Under the pieces are notes generated by a model that saw only the letters and a program-made list of their open reading frames with translations, was not told the DNA's origin and searched no databases. Below are positions 1-16,412 of a DNA stretch of 64,000 nt, piece after piece; positions within the stretch are counted from its first letter, which is position 1, and every line of letters starts with the position of its first letter. Source of the DNA: Hamiltosporidium tvaerminnensis FI-OER-3-3 (Eukaryota > Fungi > Microsporidia); NCBI GenBank assembly GCA_022605425.2, contig CM061253.1:310001-374000 (forward strand), given 5' to 3'. A program made the translations under genes and the position numbers.

Positions 1-28
1 AAAAAAAAAAAAAAAAAAAAAAAAAAAA

Positions 29-63
<35 letters not shown>

Positions 64-152
64 CCCAACCAAAAATTAAATTACCTTAAATTAAATAATT
101 ATAATAAAAAAAAAAAAAAAATATATAATTTTTTTAAAAAAAAAAAAAAAAA

Positions 153-234
<82 letters not shown>

Positions 235-245
235 AAAAAAACCCC

Positions 246-341
<96 letters not shown>

Positions 342-360
342 AAAAATTTTTTTAAATCTC
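1..360. repeat. Poly-A low-complexity block, probable sequencing/assembly artefact
   Basis: Almost pure A with scattered T/C. The 87-aa poly-Phe ORF is only its reverse complement. Confidence 0.85.
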
Positions 361-1002
361 AATAATTAAAAATAAATAATTTTAATGAAGCAATAAAAAT
401 TTCACAACCGTAATCTTAAGTTTGTAAAGCTGAAAGGTATATTTAATTTTCATGACTTCCAATAGTTTTGGTCGCATTAAAACAAATAATATCATTAAAA
501 TCAAAAATAAAATTACACAAAGCAAATGTACTCTAGCCTACACTTTTTTTATAAGATTTTATATTATTTGTTCAAACAACTTTGCCTTAAACTAGAAAAT
601 ATCTACAATCCTGTTGATATAATTTTATTTTTTATTATTGTATTAGTTAAACATAATGCCTCTTAGCTAATAAATTGCAACGACGATAAAATAAGTTTAG
701 TTACATATGAATTTGTTTAAAATTCTCCTTTTCGTCGGATATGAAAAATTAAATAGAACTTAGTTCATTTGATCTGAATAAAATCCTTCAAACAATTTAA
801 CATAATAGTTATTAAGTATTATAATAATTGTAGTTTTTAAATTTTTATTGATTTTTTTAAAGAAGGTATTCTCCCAAAAATAACTGGTCCGTCTCTGCCA
901 TTGACACATATATAGTAACCATTTTATGACTGAATTTGCCGTTTAGGTTAATGATTTTTTTTGATTCGGCTCATTTGAAAAGAAATAGAATAGATTAATA
1001 AA

Positions 1003-2723
1003 TGTCGAACACATTTTCGAGTTACCAATATAAGGACCACAAAATATTTTTTTATATGTGAAAAATTTGGATTCTATTAATATTCTGTTGAGATTCTAAT
1101 GGTGTTTATTTTTTTTTAATTTATATAGGTTTTAGAGGGAAATTTGAGCAAGAATAAAATCCCATGAAAGTCATTTTAATCATGTAGAATTAAAAATGAT
1201 AAAACAATATCTAGCGGATAGAAATAATGCGCATTCTGGTTTATCTTTTCAGGTAAAAAAGAAATTAAAAGTTAATCAATGAAAAATCGTTTTATATAGA
1301 ATGCGAAAACGTTTTAAAAGAGCATGTCGCTCAAAGCGATTTTGAAAACAACAAGCTATACATTTTGCACATCACCATCTTGATTACAAAGAAAAGAAGC
1401 CAATGTACGAAAACCCCAAAACTATATCCATTGGGTTTAAATGGAAAGAATTGTCGAAAATGTCTCGAAATATTTAACCTGCAAGAGATATCAACCATTA
1501 TGTCGATTCTCACAAATTGCACACATCATATAACGACATCTATGGCACATCATACAGATAGATTATGTTGTTCCAAGAAATTTTGCTAGTGAAAAGAAAG
1601 GATATGTATGGATTACAAACATTTGATTGCTATGCTGAACTTTTTTTCATTTGCATTGATAAATAAATCAGCCGAAAGCATCATATCAGCCTTAGAGAAA
1701 ATATTTAAATATGAAGGCGCGCCGATTATCGTACAAAGCGATAACAGCAGAGGGTTCAACATTTCCGTTTTATAGAATTTATAAGCTTACATAACGTTAA
1801 GTTTGTAAGAGGAAGATCAGGACATCCCTATAACTAAGGCTAAGTTTAAAAAGTCAATAAAAGAGTAATAAGGAAAATTGCGAAAAACTTCTCTGGCTTC
1901 GAAAAAATGGGCTGAAATTCATGATACAAATATATTTGAATACAATATATCATGGAATAGGCCAATAAACATGTTACGAATACAGGCATTTAGAAGTCGA
2001 ACAAGCATAAATATTTTGCTTTACACAGTCAATACAACAGAATCGGAAGAGTTCCGAATCTATAGAATAAGAATCTAAATATTGAATAGAAATTATAATT
2101 GCATAAAGAGACCAGCCTGATACTAATTTATAGTGACTCTGAAAAGCAGGACACTTTTTTTAGTTACAAAAGAGTTGATACAAACCATGGAGACCTTTAT
2201 ATTTCGAGAATAGTCTAAAATTCTGATACTCCTTACCACGGTATAGCATGTAATTCAGGGGGCACATTTCTTATTCGAAGATCTTTTGATATCAATGAAT
2301 TGACACCAAAAAACAAAATAGATAGCTTTTATAAAAAGGAAGCTGGGTTGTTATAGAGAGAGTCGGCTCTGAATTTTTAGAGTCCGTAATGAAAAAGATC
2401 ACGGCATATCATAAGTTATCTCTAAAAATATACTAAAGAAACTGAAAAATTAAGATTGTTGTTCCTATAATTCGTTCTTTATATTCCCTTTCATTTCCTT
2501 TTTTCTTTATTATAATTTCTTTTTCTATTACCGTTTTTCTTTTTATTCCCTTTTTCCGTTTTTTTATTTTTTTTCTCTTTTCTACAGTTTTTTTCACATT
2601 ATTTCTCCTTTTTTTCTCGTTTTATATTTTTTTCTTTTCCTTTTGATTTATTGTTACTTTGTATAAGCTCGTATATGAGCAAACGTCTCACTATATGGGT
2701 AACCTCTACATATGGGTGCGACG
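1003..2723 (+). mobile_element. Degenerate Ginger2/TDD-like DNA transposon encoding an rve (DDE) integrase-type transposase
   Basis: Imperfect terminal inverted repeats: left TGTCGAACACAT...GTTACCAATATA from 1003, right end reverse-complemented CGTCGCACCCAT...GTTACCCATATA ending at 2723. A 5-bp direct repeat ATAAA flanks both ends (998-1002, 2724-2728). Integrase relic inside and a T-rich 3' region at 2470-2660. Confidence 0.7.
1200..2420 (+). pseudogene. rve integrase/transposase pseudogene (KRBA2/SCAND3-like integrase family)
   Basis: Frameshifted motifs in the expected order: CRKC (zinc-binding), YVWITNI/FDCYAELFF, IFKYEGAPIIVQSDNSRGF (1701-1757, cf. P..LQSDNG.EF), VKFVRGRSGHP (1796-1828, cf. 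RGRPRHPQSQG) and WAEIHDTNIFEYNISWNRPINM. Many stops. Outer limits are approximate. Confidence 0.8.
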
Positions 2724-5700
2724 ATAAACACTATCTAATTTAAATAGCTGTGCAATTTAGAAATAAAGACAAAATTCACTGACCAAATTTTAGATTACAG
2801 CTTTGGCCAAACGTTAAGACAATATACAGATTAAGATCTTATTCATCTAATTGATATGTTGAAACTACATCTTTCATAGTTGTCTTGAAAATCTTAAAAC
2901 TGTAAATAAGAAATGTATTAACAAACTTTATCCGTTTTCATGTTTTATTTTCTGATCTTATTTTGATTTAATTAGTAAAAAAAGCTTAAAGAAATTGATA
3001 CAAAGAGTTTTGTATAAATCAGATAAGCAAAACACTTAAATAAAGCAAATCGAGGGTATCAAAAGAAATTGTGTGTAGAGACAGAAATTAGCTCGAAAAA
3101 AACGTAATTTCTCAAAGTTAACAAAGAAGAAATCGCAAACAAAAACACTTTATACAACCATTTGAGTTTTTAGAGAAAAACTTGAAAAATCAAAAGCCAA
3201 TTTAACCATTTAGCAGAGCAGATTATTGCAAGTTTTGAGTACTAGATATACTTAAATTTTTTTAAAGTGCTTTGCAAAACCATCTTATAGCCGAGTAACC
3301 CGTAATTAAAACATATTTTACGATTATATAATATCTTTTACTAAAAAATATTTTTTAACTATCTAGAAAACCAAATTATAGACCGTTCACACATTTTTTT
3401 TAACAAAATAAAAAAAATCCTCTCAATATTACAAATATAAGCAATATTTCATTAAAAACTGCAAAACTTCAATCTTTAAATTTAGATATAAGTTTTCATG
3501 TTGTAAATATAGACTGCGCTTATATGTCAAAATCTACTAATTGATAAAGACAATTCCGTTTCGGTTCAACTATATCCGCACATTTTTTTATAGAAATGTA
3601 GCTTTCATATGCGAAATCTATAAGAAAAATGCAATTGATTAGATTCGTTCCTTAGATATTTGATTGCTAAATGAGCAGGATAAACGTTTTTTTACACACT
3701 GGCTATTTTATTTATCAAGGAAGGTTTGACTCCGCAGCAAAATCTCGCATGTATTCTTTGCGAGATAACCAATCAGTTGCACTCAAAGCAGATAAAACTA
3801 CAATTTTCTCAATTTTAGTTTGTTTAGAGTATTGTGTTAATTTTTAATGATCATTCTTTAGGGATATTTCTCGAACATAGATTTTTAGTTATTCCAAAAA
3901 TTATATAGAAAACTTACCATACGAAAATTTCATCGGATTTAAAACATTTTTCAACCTGTATGTCGTAAATATCTGTCTACTTTCTCTTATAAAAATCCAT
4001 ATTTTCTAAATAAGTGTTTTTTTAAGGTTAATTTGAAATTTATTCTAGAAATTTTAGAACACAGGCCCTTCATTTGTTCAGTATGCTTTAAATAAAATTT
4101 TTAGGTAAGGTTTAATGTATTTTAAAACTTTCCAAATATATCGAAACACCAGAAATATATCTGTTAGAACAAAAGGCAGTATCGAAATATTGTATATAAT
4201 CAACTTTGGTCTCAACCACACGCATTTTAGCGAATTCACAAAACCCCAATGTTGTTTATTTAGTCCAGATCATAACGGAAACGGAATTTGGTATCTTAAT
4301 ATGGGTTATTAGACCAACTATGCCCCTATCAAATATTCTAACCAAAAATTAAATTAGATTAACAATTTATGCTTATTTTTTAGCCAATAAATTGAAGAAC
4401 TGGCTTAATATTTTTTTACAAGATATAAGTTTATCTTAAAACGTTATAAAAACATTTTTTACCAGACAAATAAAAAATAAATTATTCTATATTTTGCTTA
4501 TTTTATGAAATAATCATATAATTTAATTACTTAGTATTTTCAAACTATAAAATTTAAATTTTTCAAACTATTCTATATTCTTATTAAGAAAAAATATTTA
4601 CCTTAAAAGTAAATGAATTGGTATGTTGAATAAAAAATTTCATTAGGGAAAAATTGAAGAAAAAATTAAATCACCTCATAAATTCTACTAAATCAGGGTC
4701 AGAATTTAAAAACCGCACTGATTTTCAACTGCAACACATTTGTTGATAAGTAAAACGTGCAAGCTTGTTTAGCTATGACTTTAATTTATGCTTCAGTATT
4801 TTTATTTTAAAAAACTAAGTTATACCTAACTTAATTTGAAAATTTTTCTGTTTCAGTTGCCTATAAACAAATATGTCATACAATGGGTTACATATCATTT
4901 AAAGAATTCTTGTGTATCTGTTATGAGCGGCCTTCCTATGTATGCCTGAAATTATGAGCATTCAAGAAAACTATTTCTCGGGTAATATTACCTCATATTT
5001 TTCGCGCATCCTATTATGCTAAAAATATATTTCTTTTGTGAAATACATGTATATTTTACCTAAAATAAGATTCCACATTAGGACTTTCCGGGATTTCTAG
5101 ATTGTTCATCTAAGAATACCTGAGAATCTTTCGTGATTTTATTTTATTTATGTTCAGATCATTAAATGAAAGTAGCAAACTAACTTCGTCATTCGATAAA
5201 AGCTTATTAGTTAGCAAATCAAGTACATATAGTTTTTAAACATAAAAACATATTGAACGGTTGTGTAATTTATCGAACAAGCTTATGTTCAAAATATAGC
5301 TTTTTTTGAAAATAAAATATATATTTACATAAGCATGTAAATTGCAACAGAAAAACCATCTAATTTAATATATGAAGATCATAATATTTTTCTATATATA
5401 AAGCTTCGGGCGACCCTATTATTAATAATTCATAAGTTCAATTTATTTTTAGATTTTCCAAAGTTTGAATTTTATAAAATTATGTACTAAAAGTTAGACA
5501 GGATACACATATCAGCTATATAGAACGAATGCACATAAATATGTTACAAAATTCTGCTAAAAAATAGATATTTATTGCAGAAATCATATATATCGCGTCT
5601 TTTATTTTTAGTTTAACCGATATTATTTGATAAACAAAGCCAATTTGGTTTAATACTAAAAGTTTTTTTTATTTTTTGTCGTTAAAAGACTTATGTTCCC

Positions 5701-8700
5701 GCGCAATGTAGTCTAAAAGTAGAAAAAAATTATATTTTTATAGTAAATGTATTTGTCAAAGATTGGATATATAAAATATTTCTTAACCAAAATATTTTTT
5801 GTATATTTTCAAGGAAGAAACATTATGATTTTAAGACAAAAATACCCTAAAATTATAGAGTTGGGTTACTGCTTGGGTTGAGGTTTCTTATTTCGTTTTC
5901 TGCCCACAAATCATGCTGACTTAAGTTAGTTATTTTTTATTATAATTTTCGGCTTATTAAAAGATTTTGAGCGCCTAATGTTTATTTTTAAAAAAATTTA
6001 TCGAATAGTAGTTTTACCTCGTCGTTTTTTTGGCTAAGAAGTTATTGCTTTAGCAAGTGATTTTATTTGATGGTCAGGATTCTATAAAACAATTTAGTGA
6101 CTTCATATAAACATTTTTTCGATGACACAATATGCAACTAGTGTATTTTTAAAACCGTAATTTACCGGAATACCAAAGATAAATTCTCAAGAAATACTCA
6201 TTTAGTTTCTATTACGTAACTATAAAAAGAATGAAACTAAATTTCTTCTTATAAAACTTTCAGTTTACTTTAGTTCAAAAATTTTTGTAGCATTATACGA
6301 TATAATTTGTCTTTTTATATTAGCTTTCTCTTTAAAACATTAGAAAGTTCTTACATACACCACCAACTATCTATTTTTGAGATATATCTCGCCATAGATA
6401 GTTAATAAGGATTGATATATTTTTTTATCAGTTTTATTAATTCATAAAATTCTGCATTTTTTCATGGTCTGGAAGGCTATCCAAATTAGAAAGAACAAAA
6501 AAACTTAGTGTATATAAATTATTTGCTTTTAAGACCTTTTTACATTTTTCAAATAAAATTTCATAAATTTTTTTCTAAACTTGATGATAAACATGTATTT
6601 AAAAACGTATATACCGGCAATATGTAGAGCTAATAAATCAAAAGACAATGTTTTAGATCGACACTCAAACGTCTAGCCAAATTACTGAATCTATATAAAA
6701 ATCATCTAATCTTTAAAATAATCCGGGTTTAATAGTATACGATTTTCTTTATAGAAGAAAATTACATGTAGTATTTGCTTTCTATATTCAATTTTTTGTA
6801 CAAACTCTATATGCATTTATTAAACAGAGATATTGATCTTACTTTTATTCTTTTATGTTCTAAAAGATAACTAAACAATAGCAGCATTTAATGCTTAAAT
6901 TTTGTGTTAAGTTTGTATATTAAAGATATTTTTTCGCAGAAATTAATAAATTTTTGTTTTACCAATGCTAATAATGATCATCTCCATAAAATAATTTTTA
7001 GCGAAGGAATCGAAATTTCCTCAGTTATCTAGTAATTTTCAGAATACCATTTTCAATAAAACAGTTCTTAGTCTTACCATTACATTAATATTTCGTAAAA
7101 CCTATACCCAAGGCCTAGTTTTTTCGGATAAAATGTACTATTTGATTATTAAAAATGGAAGATAGTTTTGACGCCTAATATATCTTTAAGTGTAGATACC
7201 TGGTTTTTTTGTTTCTAAAAAAAATTTCAAGGTTGCTTCGTTTTACAACTTTTTGTTTTCTAAATACGAAAGAAGTACAACAAAGTGGATTTGAATATAA
7301 AGTTTATATTCATTTCCCGTATAATATATTTAAGCACAAACATTTAGAATTTAAATTTGAATTATTATAAATTAGATAGCAAGCTCTGTGATCAAAAATT
7401 TTAGACGCAATTTAGTTGCGAAATTTGTAATTTCATAAAACATTTATTTAATATTTTTTTTTAGTTTAATACCAGTAGTTTTAAATGTACTTAGTTAAAG
7501 AATTCGGTTATCTTAGACAAGTTTTCCGTTAAGCAAAAGTAATTTTCTGATCCTTTAGAAACTTATATGTATAAATATGACTGCTTTATATCAAAGTTTT
7601 TTGCTTTATCATGCTCCGGGTAGCAGTTTAATATGTTGTTGAAAAATTTTTTTCGAATAATTAGTAATATAGTGCGCAAAATTTATAAAGACTAGTGGCA
7701 ATGTAAAAAAATATATTTTAAAGATATTTAATAAACCTCAACCCTCTCTCAGTTTTATTCTAATGCCTCAGCACTAAGCATATTTCTTACAAATAATAAA
7801 ATTATTTTGCTTTTGAAGATAGTATGGTATATTTATAATTAAATCTCGATTCTTTTTAAAATTAAAATTGCTTTTCTTCTTTTTACAATGCTATAAAGAG
7901 AGAAATATATGCATTTAATATAGAAAATTCGTATTTATATGTTTCGTATGCAAACATTATCATCAAACGCTACAAAATGTAGAATCACTATCTAATTTAT
8001 ATGTATTACCTGTAAAGTATAATTATTTCTTTCATTAGGTAAAACACTATATATTTCTTTTAAATTTTTTTTTCGCAAAAATAATCTATTCGTAGATGGT
8101 TTTAATATTTTAGACCCTTATTAGTCTAAAAAATTAGCTAAATGCCGGCTACAAGATAAATTCTATGCATTTGTTTTCTTATTTAAAAATTAAAATAATC
8201 TTTATTGTGATAAAAACAATCACAGAAACGTTTTTAATATAAATTACTATGAAATTTTTATGCTTATTATTTATTTAAGAATGGTTAAATTATATATCAC
8301 AAGCGTATTTTTGATTACTTTTACTGAAATAATATTTATCAAACAAGTAGAAATTTCGTATCATTACATGTAGGTCACGGAAAAACCGCCCTGTTATGTA
8401 TAACGCCATTTTTTGCAGTATTATAAATAAGTTGCGTATTAAAAATGTGAGTCGTGCTTAAAGCAGGTTTCATATAAGCACGAATATTTGCAAGTTCTAT
8501 TATAAAGCGCAAAATTTCGTATTTAAAATCTTAATTAAATCTTTACTTGTTGATTCTAATTTTTTTATGATTCCAGGTTCTATTTGTGTATAGTTATTCA
8601 AACATTTTTCGACTTAGCAATAGACAATATCTGCTATAAATGTATTAGATCTGTTAAAACAAAATAAATTTAAGACTTCTATCAGACCCAAATTCAACCA

Positions 8701-9816
8701 TTTTAAATGGTTTTATAAAATAGATAAATTTATTTTCCACACTCTGATCCAGGCTTTTTTAAACTAAGCATTTTAGTTTGTATTCTATTTTAAAAACAAC
8801 GCAAGAAATATATTTTATGTAAATCATTTAGGTATAAAATCTGACAAAAATAGATACGGATGTTCAAATGAAATGTTTAGAAGTATTTTAATTGACTTGA
8901 AATATAGGAATTTACTTAATTGGTAAATTTAAAGAGAAAAACAAATTTATGATTAATTAATTTAAAGAAAAAATAGAATACAGCTTTATTTAGAAAACTT
9001 TTCAAAAAAAAACCTACTGTCTATTTATTGTACATATGCATATATTTTTATACAAATAGAGTCCTTTTAAATATATAATCGATAATGTACATCTATATCT
9101 ACAAAAATACTTTACAGTGTTATTTTTATATAAATGAATCTATTAGAATCAACCTTTTTTATTTTCTATTAAAAATAGCATGGAAGTTTAAATTTAAGAA
9201 TTTTATACTAAAATTCCAACTTTTTCTAAAAAAGGCAAAGTTAAATCGAAATCTTTTAGTTATTATACAATAATAACAAAGAATCTAAATTTCATTACCA
9301 TTTAAGGGATTCTGATTGTTTATAGTATAAGAATATTCACAACTACGATTTAAGTCATATAAATACGAGAAACTATTTCAATTTTAAAAATGAGAATCAG
9401 AAATAAAGTATAAGTGAAAATTGAATCACTAGATGGCCCAATTATTTATTCGTTAAAAGGATTCCTTAATGTATGTTTAGCCTAATATTTCTTGAACGAA
9501 TTATAGCAACACTTTAGCTTTTTATTCTAGAAAATTATTTGTATATTTTTGAATCAAAAACATAAGATTTAAGCCCGACTGCCCATATAATGTACACCCT
9601 CTGTCCGAAAATATGGTATACATTTCAAAGAAAACCGTAGATTATCGTGAATATAAAAAATAAATAGGCAATTGCCATGACATTGTCATAGTAAATATTC
9701 ATGACAATATAACCTAAAATATTTGACTTTAGTAATATCATTCTTAGTTAAAAAGTTACCGCTCAAACATCAGTATTTCTTAAGGGCAAAAAAATTAGTA
9801 CCGCTGCAAGACGAAT

Positions 9817-11112
<1,296 letters not shown>

Positions 11113-14100
11113 AGCCAAATCAAATTTCGAGTGAACTTATTAATTTTAATATATATTTTTTTTAATTTTATTTAATATTTACATTTTATTTATAAAAATG
11201 TTTCAAATAAAAGTAAAATAATATACTTGTCATATACATTCTTTGATTTATTTTATTTTTTCGCAAATGTATACCACATTTCCGGACTAAAAAATCGCTA
11301 AAATGTATACCATATTTCCGGACAGAGGGAGTACTTTTTACCGATACTAAGTAAAAAAATATAAAAAGGCAGCCGCAATTCTATACAATATAAACATATT
11401 AATTGACTCAATTGTAAACATTAAACTCTTATATTTAGGGAAAGAATTGAAAAATAATATTTAATATAGTTGCAATGATGATGGAAAGATTTTAGATCCT
11501 ATAATCCTAAAAATTTAAAAATATATCTCATCAAAGTTTGATTCTATAAAATGATTTATAAAATAGGTAATTGTAAATCCTGATATGCAAGAAAATAAAT
11601 AAAAAAGGTTTTTGCGAATTTTTTCAAATTAACCTTTTTCAAATATGCTTTATTAAGTGAATCTTGAATTGCTTTGGACAAATTACAAAATATTTAATTT
11701 GCGATTGTTGTAAAATAAGAGTCAAAATTTATAAGTCAGCTCTGCATCAAATGGAATACATATAGATTTGGTATATGATAAATTAGGTATCTTACATATT
11801 AGTATGAAATTATTGTTTATGAAATATCATATATAGATTAATTCGCCTAAAAGAACATTCATGCTTTTGTTATGAGCATAGTTCTTAGATATATACTTCC
11901 AAAAGCTTACTTACAACATGATAATAATAGAGCATGAATTTTAATAATTCAAGACCCGAGTAAATCAATTTTAAAAAATATTTGCACAAAACTTGATTTG
12001 ATATATTTTAAAATAAATATTCAAAGCGTTTTGGTTCACTTTATAATTCACAAATAAAAAACAGAGCTAAATTTATTAACTAACTTTCAGAGTATAATAT
12101 TTTTACAAATTAGACGCTCTAATTAAATTTTTTTCAAAAATGCGAAATACTATTTTTGCTAAATAGAAACGTTAAAATATGATGGAATTTGTTATCAACG
12201 TTTTTTGTATGATTCGGGATATTTTGCAATATAGATGATGTTCGAAAAATCATTTGCAAATCAATTATTTTTGCAACAAGGATAGAGTCTATATAATCCA
12301 ACCTAAATGTTAATATAGAATTTTTCTACAAAAGTCATGAAGAGTATATATAGAGACATTAAATTAGATAATACGAAAATATAGATAATTTAAGCGGTGT
12401 ATTGATTAATCTCTAAAAAAACATGACATATTAGGTTCCACTTTCAATTATCCATAAAAATTCCTCTTCTATGAGTTAGATATTTGTCACCTGGTTCTTC
12501 AATTATACCCTTTTTTATTTCAAAACACGAATTCAAGTCATTTAGTTATACTTTATATTACCTTTAAACATAAGCTATTCTTATACAATTTTCGAAAAAT
12601 TCAATTAATACGCTTTTTCTTTATATTAAAGCGTATTCTTTTGTTTTGCTTATAGAATATATTTCGATTTCTCATAAAATTATAAGTCTAAAAATAGTTT
12701 TTACGGCAATTTAACTTCTATATTTTGTTGCAAATAGTAAAAGAGAAAAGGCGAAAAAACCAATATTGATACCCGGTAGTATTTTTTTAGGTATATTTAA
12801 AGCGCACTAGAAAGATGCTACGTCATGAAGTGTATAAACTCTATTGATTAATTCTCGAAAGCTTTTTGTTTGTCTTTTATCAGAATATTCAAGTTTTTTG
12901 CCATTGATGTATGTAAATTTCCTATATTCAAAATAAAATTATGTGAGAATGGCTCTTATATAGATTTACGACAAATATAATTTTTCTGAAATACTATTAT
13001 ATATCTTTTGTTATTTAAGATTGTATATTTTTTTTTACAATTTATATGCCATAAGTTTGGACTGTTTTCGTATAGTATTTTTAAATTCAATACAATTTTA
13101 CATTTTCTGTAATTGAAGGCTTAGCTTTCTATAAAAAATCTTACAATCTTTATTTTTATTATAATACAGTTATAAAACTTACGAAATCTTTTAAATGAAA
13201 TAAATATGATTGGCCTTTTAATATTAAAAAGATTCATTCAATCAGATACGATCGAAAAATTATTTTGATAGCCTAAACACACGTGGAAATTAAAATTTTA
13301 TTGATATGTTGTTTTTTTCAAAATTCTCAACTCCTGATTTATATCATGAATCGTTTTTTGCGCTGTTTTATATTTCATACATAGAAATAAAAGAAACTAA
13401 AATTAAATTTTTTTAAATTTCTATATATTCTAAGGTGATACTGAACTTGTAATATATAGACACGGTTAATGGATGAGCTTTTACGCGAGCTTGTAACTAC
13501 ACTTTAATTTTTTTACCTCATTATTTAGATATTATTGCTACATTTTTAAGAAATATTTTATATAGCATAGATTATTTCTATACTCTTTTGATATCGATTC
13601 ACGCTTGTTAAGATAAGCCGTGAATCAATACCCTCGGACTTTGGGTTTATATAAGAGTGTCTTATGTCTAAGTATTTCTCAAGTTCAAAAGAAAAACCTA
13701 TAGGCACTTGGACATATATACTATAGCAAGTTCTAATATCTATAACATGCTATATTTTGACAAAATCAAAATCTTTCATTATGCGACTTACTATGTATTG
13801 GATGAATTGGTTTGGGCATTCTTTTTGATTGAAAAGCTCATTTTTCAAAATATTATTTTTTTATAAAAGTTAGAAATGTTAAACCTAATATTTCCAGATC
13901 AACAGAGCTGGAAAACTCAAATTACAATTGATATAAATACTTTATTAAAAAATTATTTATTAAATTTTACAAAAACGAAAAAAGTCAATATATACTAAAG
14001 ATAATTTGTACGTAAAAAACCTGAGTAGAAATACCATAATGAATTTATGTGCGTTTACACGCTATTGTCGTTCAAAGTTATTTGTCTAGGATGGAATCTT

Positions 14101-14185
14101 AGTAAGATTTAAACTTGATTCAGCATAAGTTAAACCGAGAGACTTTGAACTTCTTTACCTATATTTTCAGATCTATGTCATTTAA

Positions 14186-14922
14186 CTTCATTTAAAACTT
14201 TATTTAAAAGTATCACATCTTTTTACAATAGTTGCAAGTGTTATATTTGTTTTCATGACATTAACGCAGTTCTGGGATTAACATAAATAAATGCTACCCC
14301 CCTCACTCCATAAGTATCTCCTGCGATACCTACGTTTGATAGAATTTCAGCTAAAAAGTGTGAAGAAGGTAACCAAAGAGCGAAGCAGTTGCTCGGTGTT
14401 CGTTAATCTCCGTTGCATGGAGTGTGATCAGAAGCCCGAAGTCAGTTTTGCCCTCCCCCACTGAGACTATGCAGCATGCCCACTTACTCTACACTTCCTA
14501 AACCTAATAAACTTCTAGCTAAGATATATTTCAGAGATTTACATGCGGTCCACCCAGACAGTGCAATTTCATACCAACAGGTATAACCTGCTACTCATTT
14601 CGTCTCTTTAAAGTTTTTTTTTATCACCCAGGTGCATCATAATCTTCTAACCCGAGTGAGCAAGCTTAGGCTTTGATGCTTTTACATGGCAATTACCTAC
14701 ATTTCAGCTGCGGTCTGCAATCTGGTTACATAAAAAACTACAAATAAATTTGTAGAAAAAGGTTCTCTTTTTCTTAGACCTCTCCTCTTCATAACAACTC
14801 CCATGGAACAACCGAAGATGTAGTGTGCTTATATTCCCACCAAAAATCCAAACAATGATCTCACACCAGTTTCACACACTCATTGCCAAGCAGAAAGTTT
14901 TTATGTTGTTATCCTCTCTCAA
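14186..14922 (-). mobile_element. ~735-bp non-coding retroposon-like repeat, copy 1 (full length)
   Basis: Reverse complement aligns end-to-end with 32879-33612. Perfect 13-bp TSD CTATGTCATTTAA at 14173-14185 and 14923-14935. Confidence 0.9.
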
Positions 14923-16164
14923 CTATGTCATTTAAAATATCTATATTTCATTGAATATTAAGAAAATTGTTTAGGTAATAATAGAATCTTCTTCCAAGTA
15001 GTTCATTTAAGGTGTTAGATTAGGATAAAATACCAGATAAAATAGATTGACCAAACTTGCACGTTAAAATTTCCAATTTTATGCTTTTTATTGTTCAGTA
15101 TATATAATAGACTCTTAAATAAAAAACCATTTAGTTAAAAATCTTAATTAAAGATATTTTTTTTGTCCGAAAAAATGGATTAATTAACGACGCGTAGATT
15201 TCTGAAATCTTGAGTATGTCAAAAAAAATGTTAAACGTAAATATTAAAACGCATATATTTTGGATTTTTATAAACCCTTGGTGATATCATATACAGTAAG
15301 AAATACAATTTTAATAAATCATATAACTTATTTTTTCGTCTTTTTAAGTTTTTTCTGAATATATAAAGAGAATTGGCTGTAAAATTCCAATATTCTGAAC
15401 GAGATAATTAAACACAAAGAGCAGGCTCTTAAACTAGTTAGTTTGTATAGGTGAGATAGAAAACACATAGAAAATTAGCGTTGCCTCAAAAGCTTCTTCG
15501 AATATATTTATAACAAGCAGAAGAGACGCACTAGAGATTTGAAATTTAGCTTGCTGAATGATTGTGAGCACAGGCGAATACGATTTAAGCACAAAAAAGG
15601 AATTTTTTTCAAAATTAATATGCTATTTTTATAATCTAAAAATCTATAATAGAGTTTAAAAAACAAAATTATTTTTGGCCAATAGCTGCTTTTTTTGCAT
15701 TATGATTTACCGTACTATTATAATAGTTTTTATGATGAATACCATATACATCAGTAATGAATTTCTCCCTAAATATAACATTATACCATTTTAAATTTTA
15801 AACTATTACTTCTTTTAATTAATACGATATATATAAAGGTATTTAGATTTTATCATTTCAAAATTGCGACACTCGTAATAGTATTGGATATCGAAACGTT
15901 TTTTTCCTATTTCGTAATTGAGATTTTCGATATTATGTCTTTAAATTCTAAGCATCCCATCTTTTCTACGGGAAGAATTTATCTAATTCAAAAATATGAA
16001 AATTAAAAATAAAATTATAGTTTTAAATTCTATACTTTTATTTACAAGAATCAAAGTACTGTATCTAAATATTAATTAGTATTTACACCAGTAAAACTTA
16101 TTTTGACAAAAAGAAAAGGTGCTAAAAAATATACATGAATTTTAGAAATCTAATATTACAAAAA

Positions 16165-16412
16165 TTCTCCACCATTCTAGGAAAAGAATTGGCTTGGAGT
16201 ATTATTTGCTTGTTGCAAGAGGCGACTAAAAGGGACTGGTCTTCCATGTAAGCTATGAACATAGGGCTAACAATCCACTCTTTAAAACCACCTTGTTACG
16301 AAACCCGCAAAGTAAATAAACCAATTGGAAAAAGACCACTGGGCAGTATTAATGGGAAAGACATGGCTCGTGCGGGTCTGTAGTGCACAGGATTAATGAA
16401 TAAATGAATAAA
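16165..16412 (+). mobile_element. Non-autonomous RTE-LINE-derived mini-element, copy A
   Basis: Homologous to the reverse complement of 17533-17739. RTE-like 5'UTR motifs (GCAAGAGGCGACTAAAAGGG; GGGCTAACAATCCACTC...TTGTTACGAAAC), an ORF2 C-terminal remnant KPIGKRPLG, a 3' end GGCTCG..CGGGTCTGTAGTGC and an (AATGAATA)2 tail. RTE assignment is from motif recognition. Confidence 0.75.

Noticed and set aside
99-362. Poly-Phe ORF, and likewise the poly-Lys/poly-Phe ORFs at 10006-10203 and 10325-10942
   Set aside because: These are translations of poly-A blocks, not proteins.
8452-8483. 9-bp inverted repeat TCGTGCTTA...TAAGCACGA
   Set aside because: Single short stem with no TSD or second copy. It could arise by chance in 64 kb.
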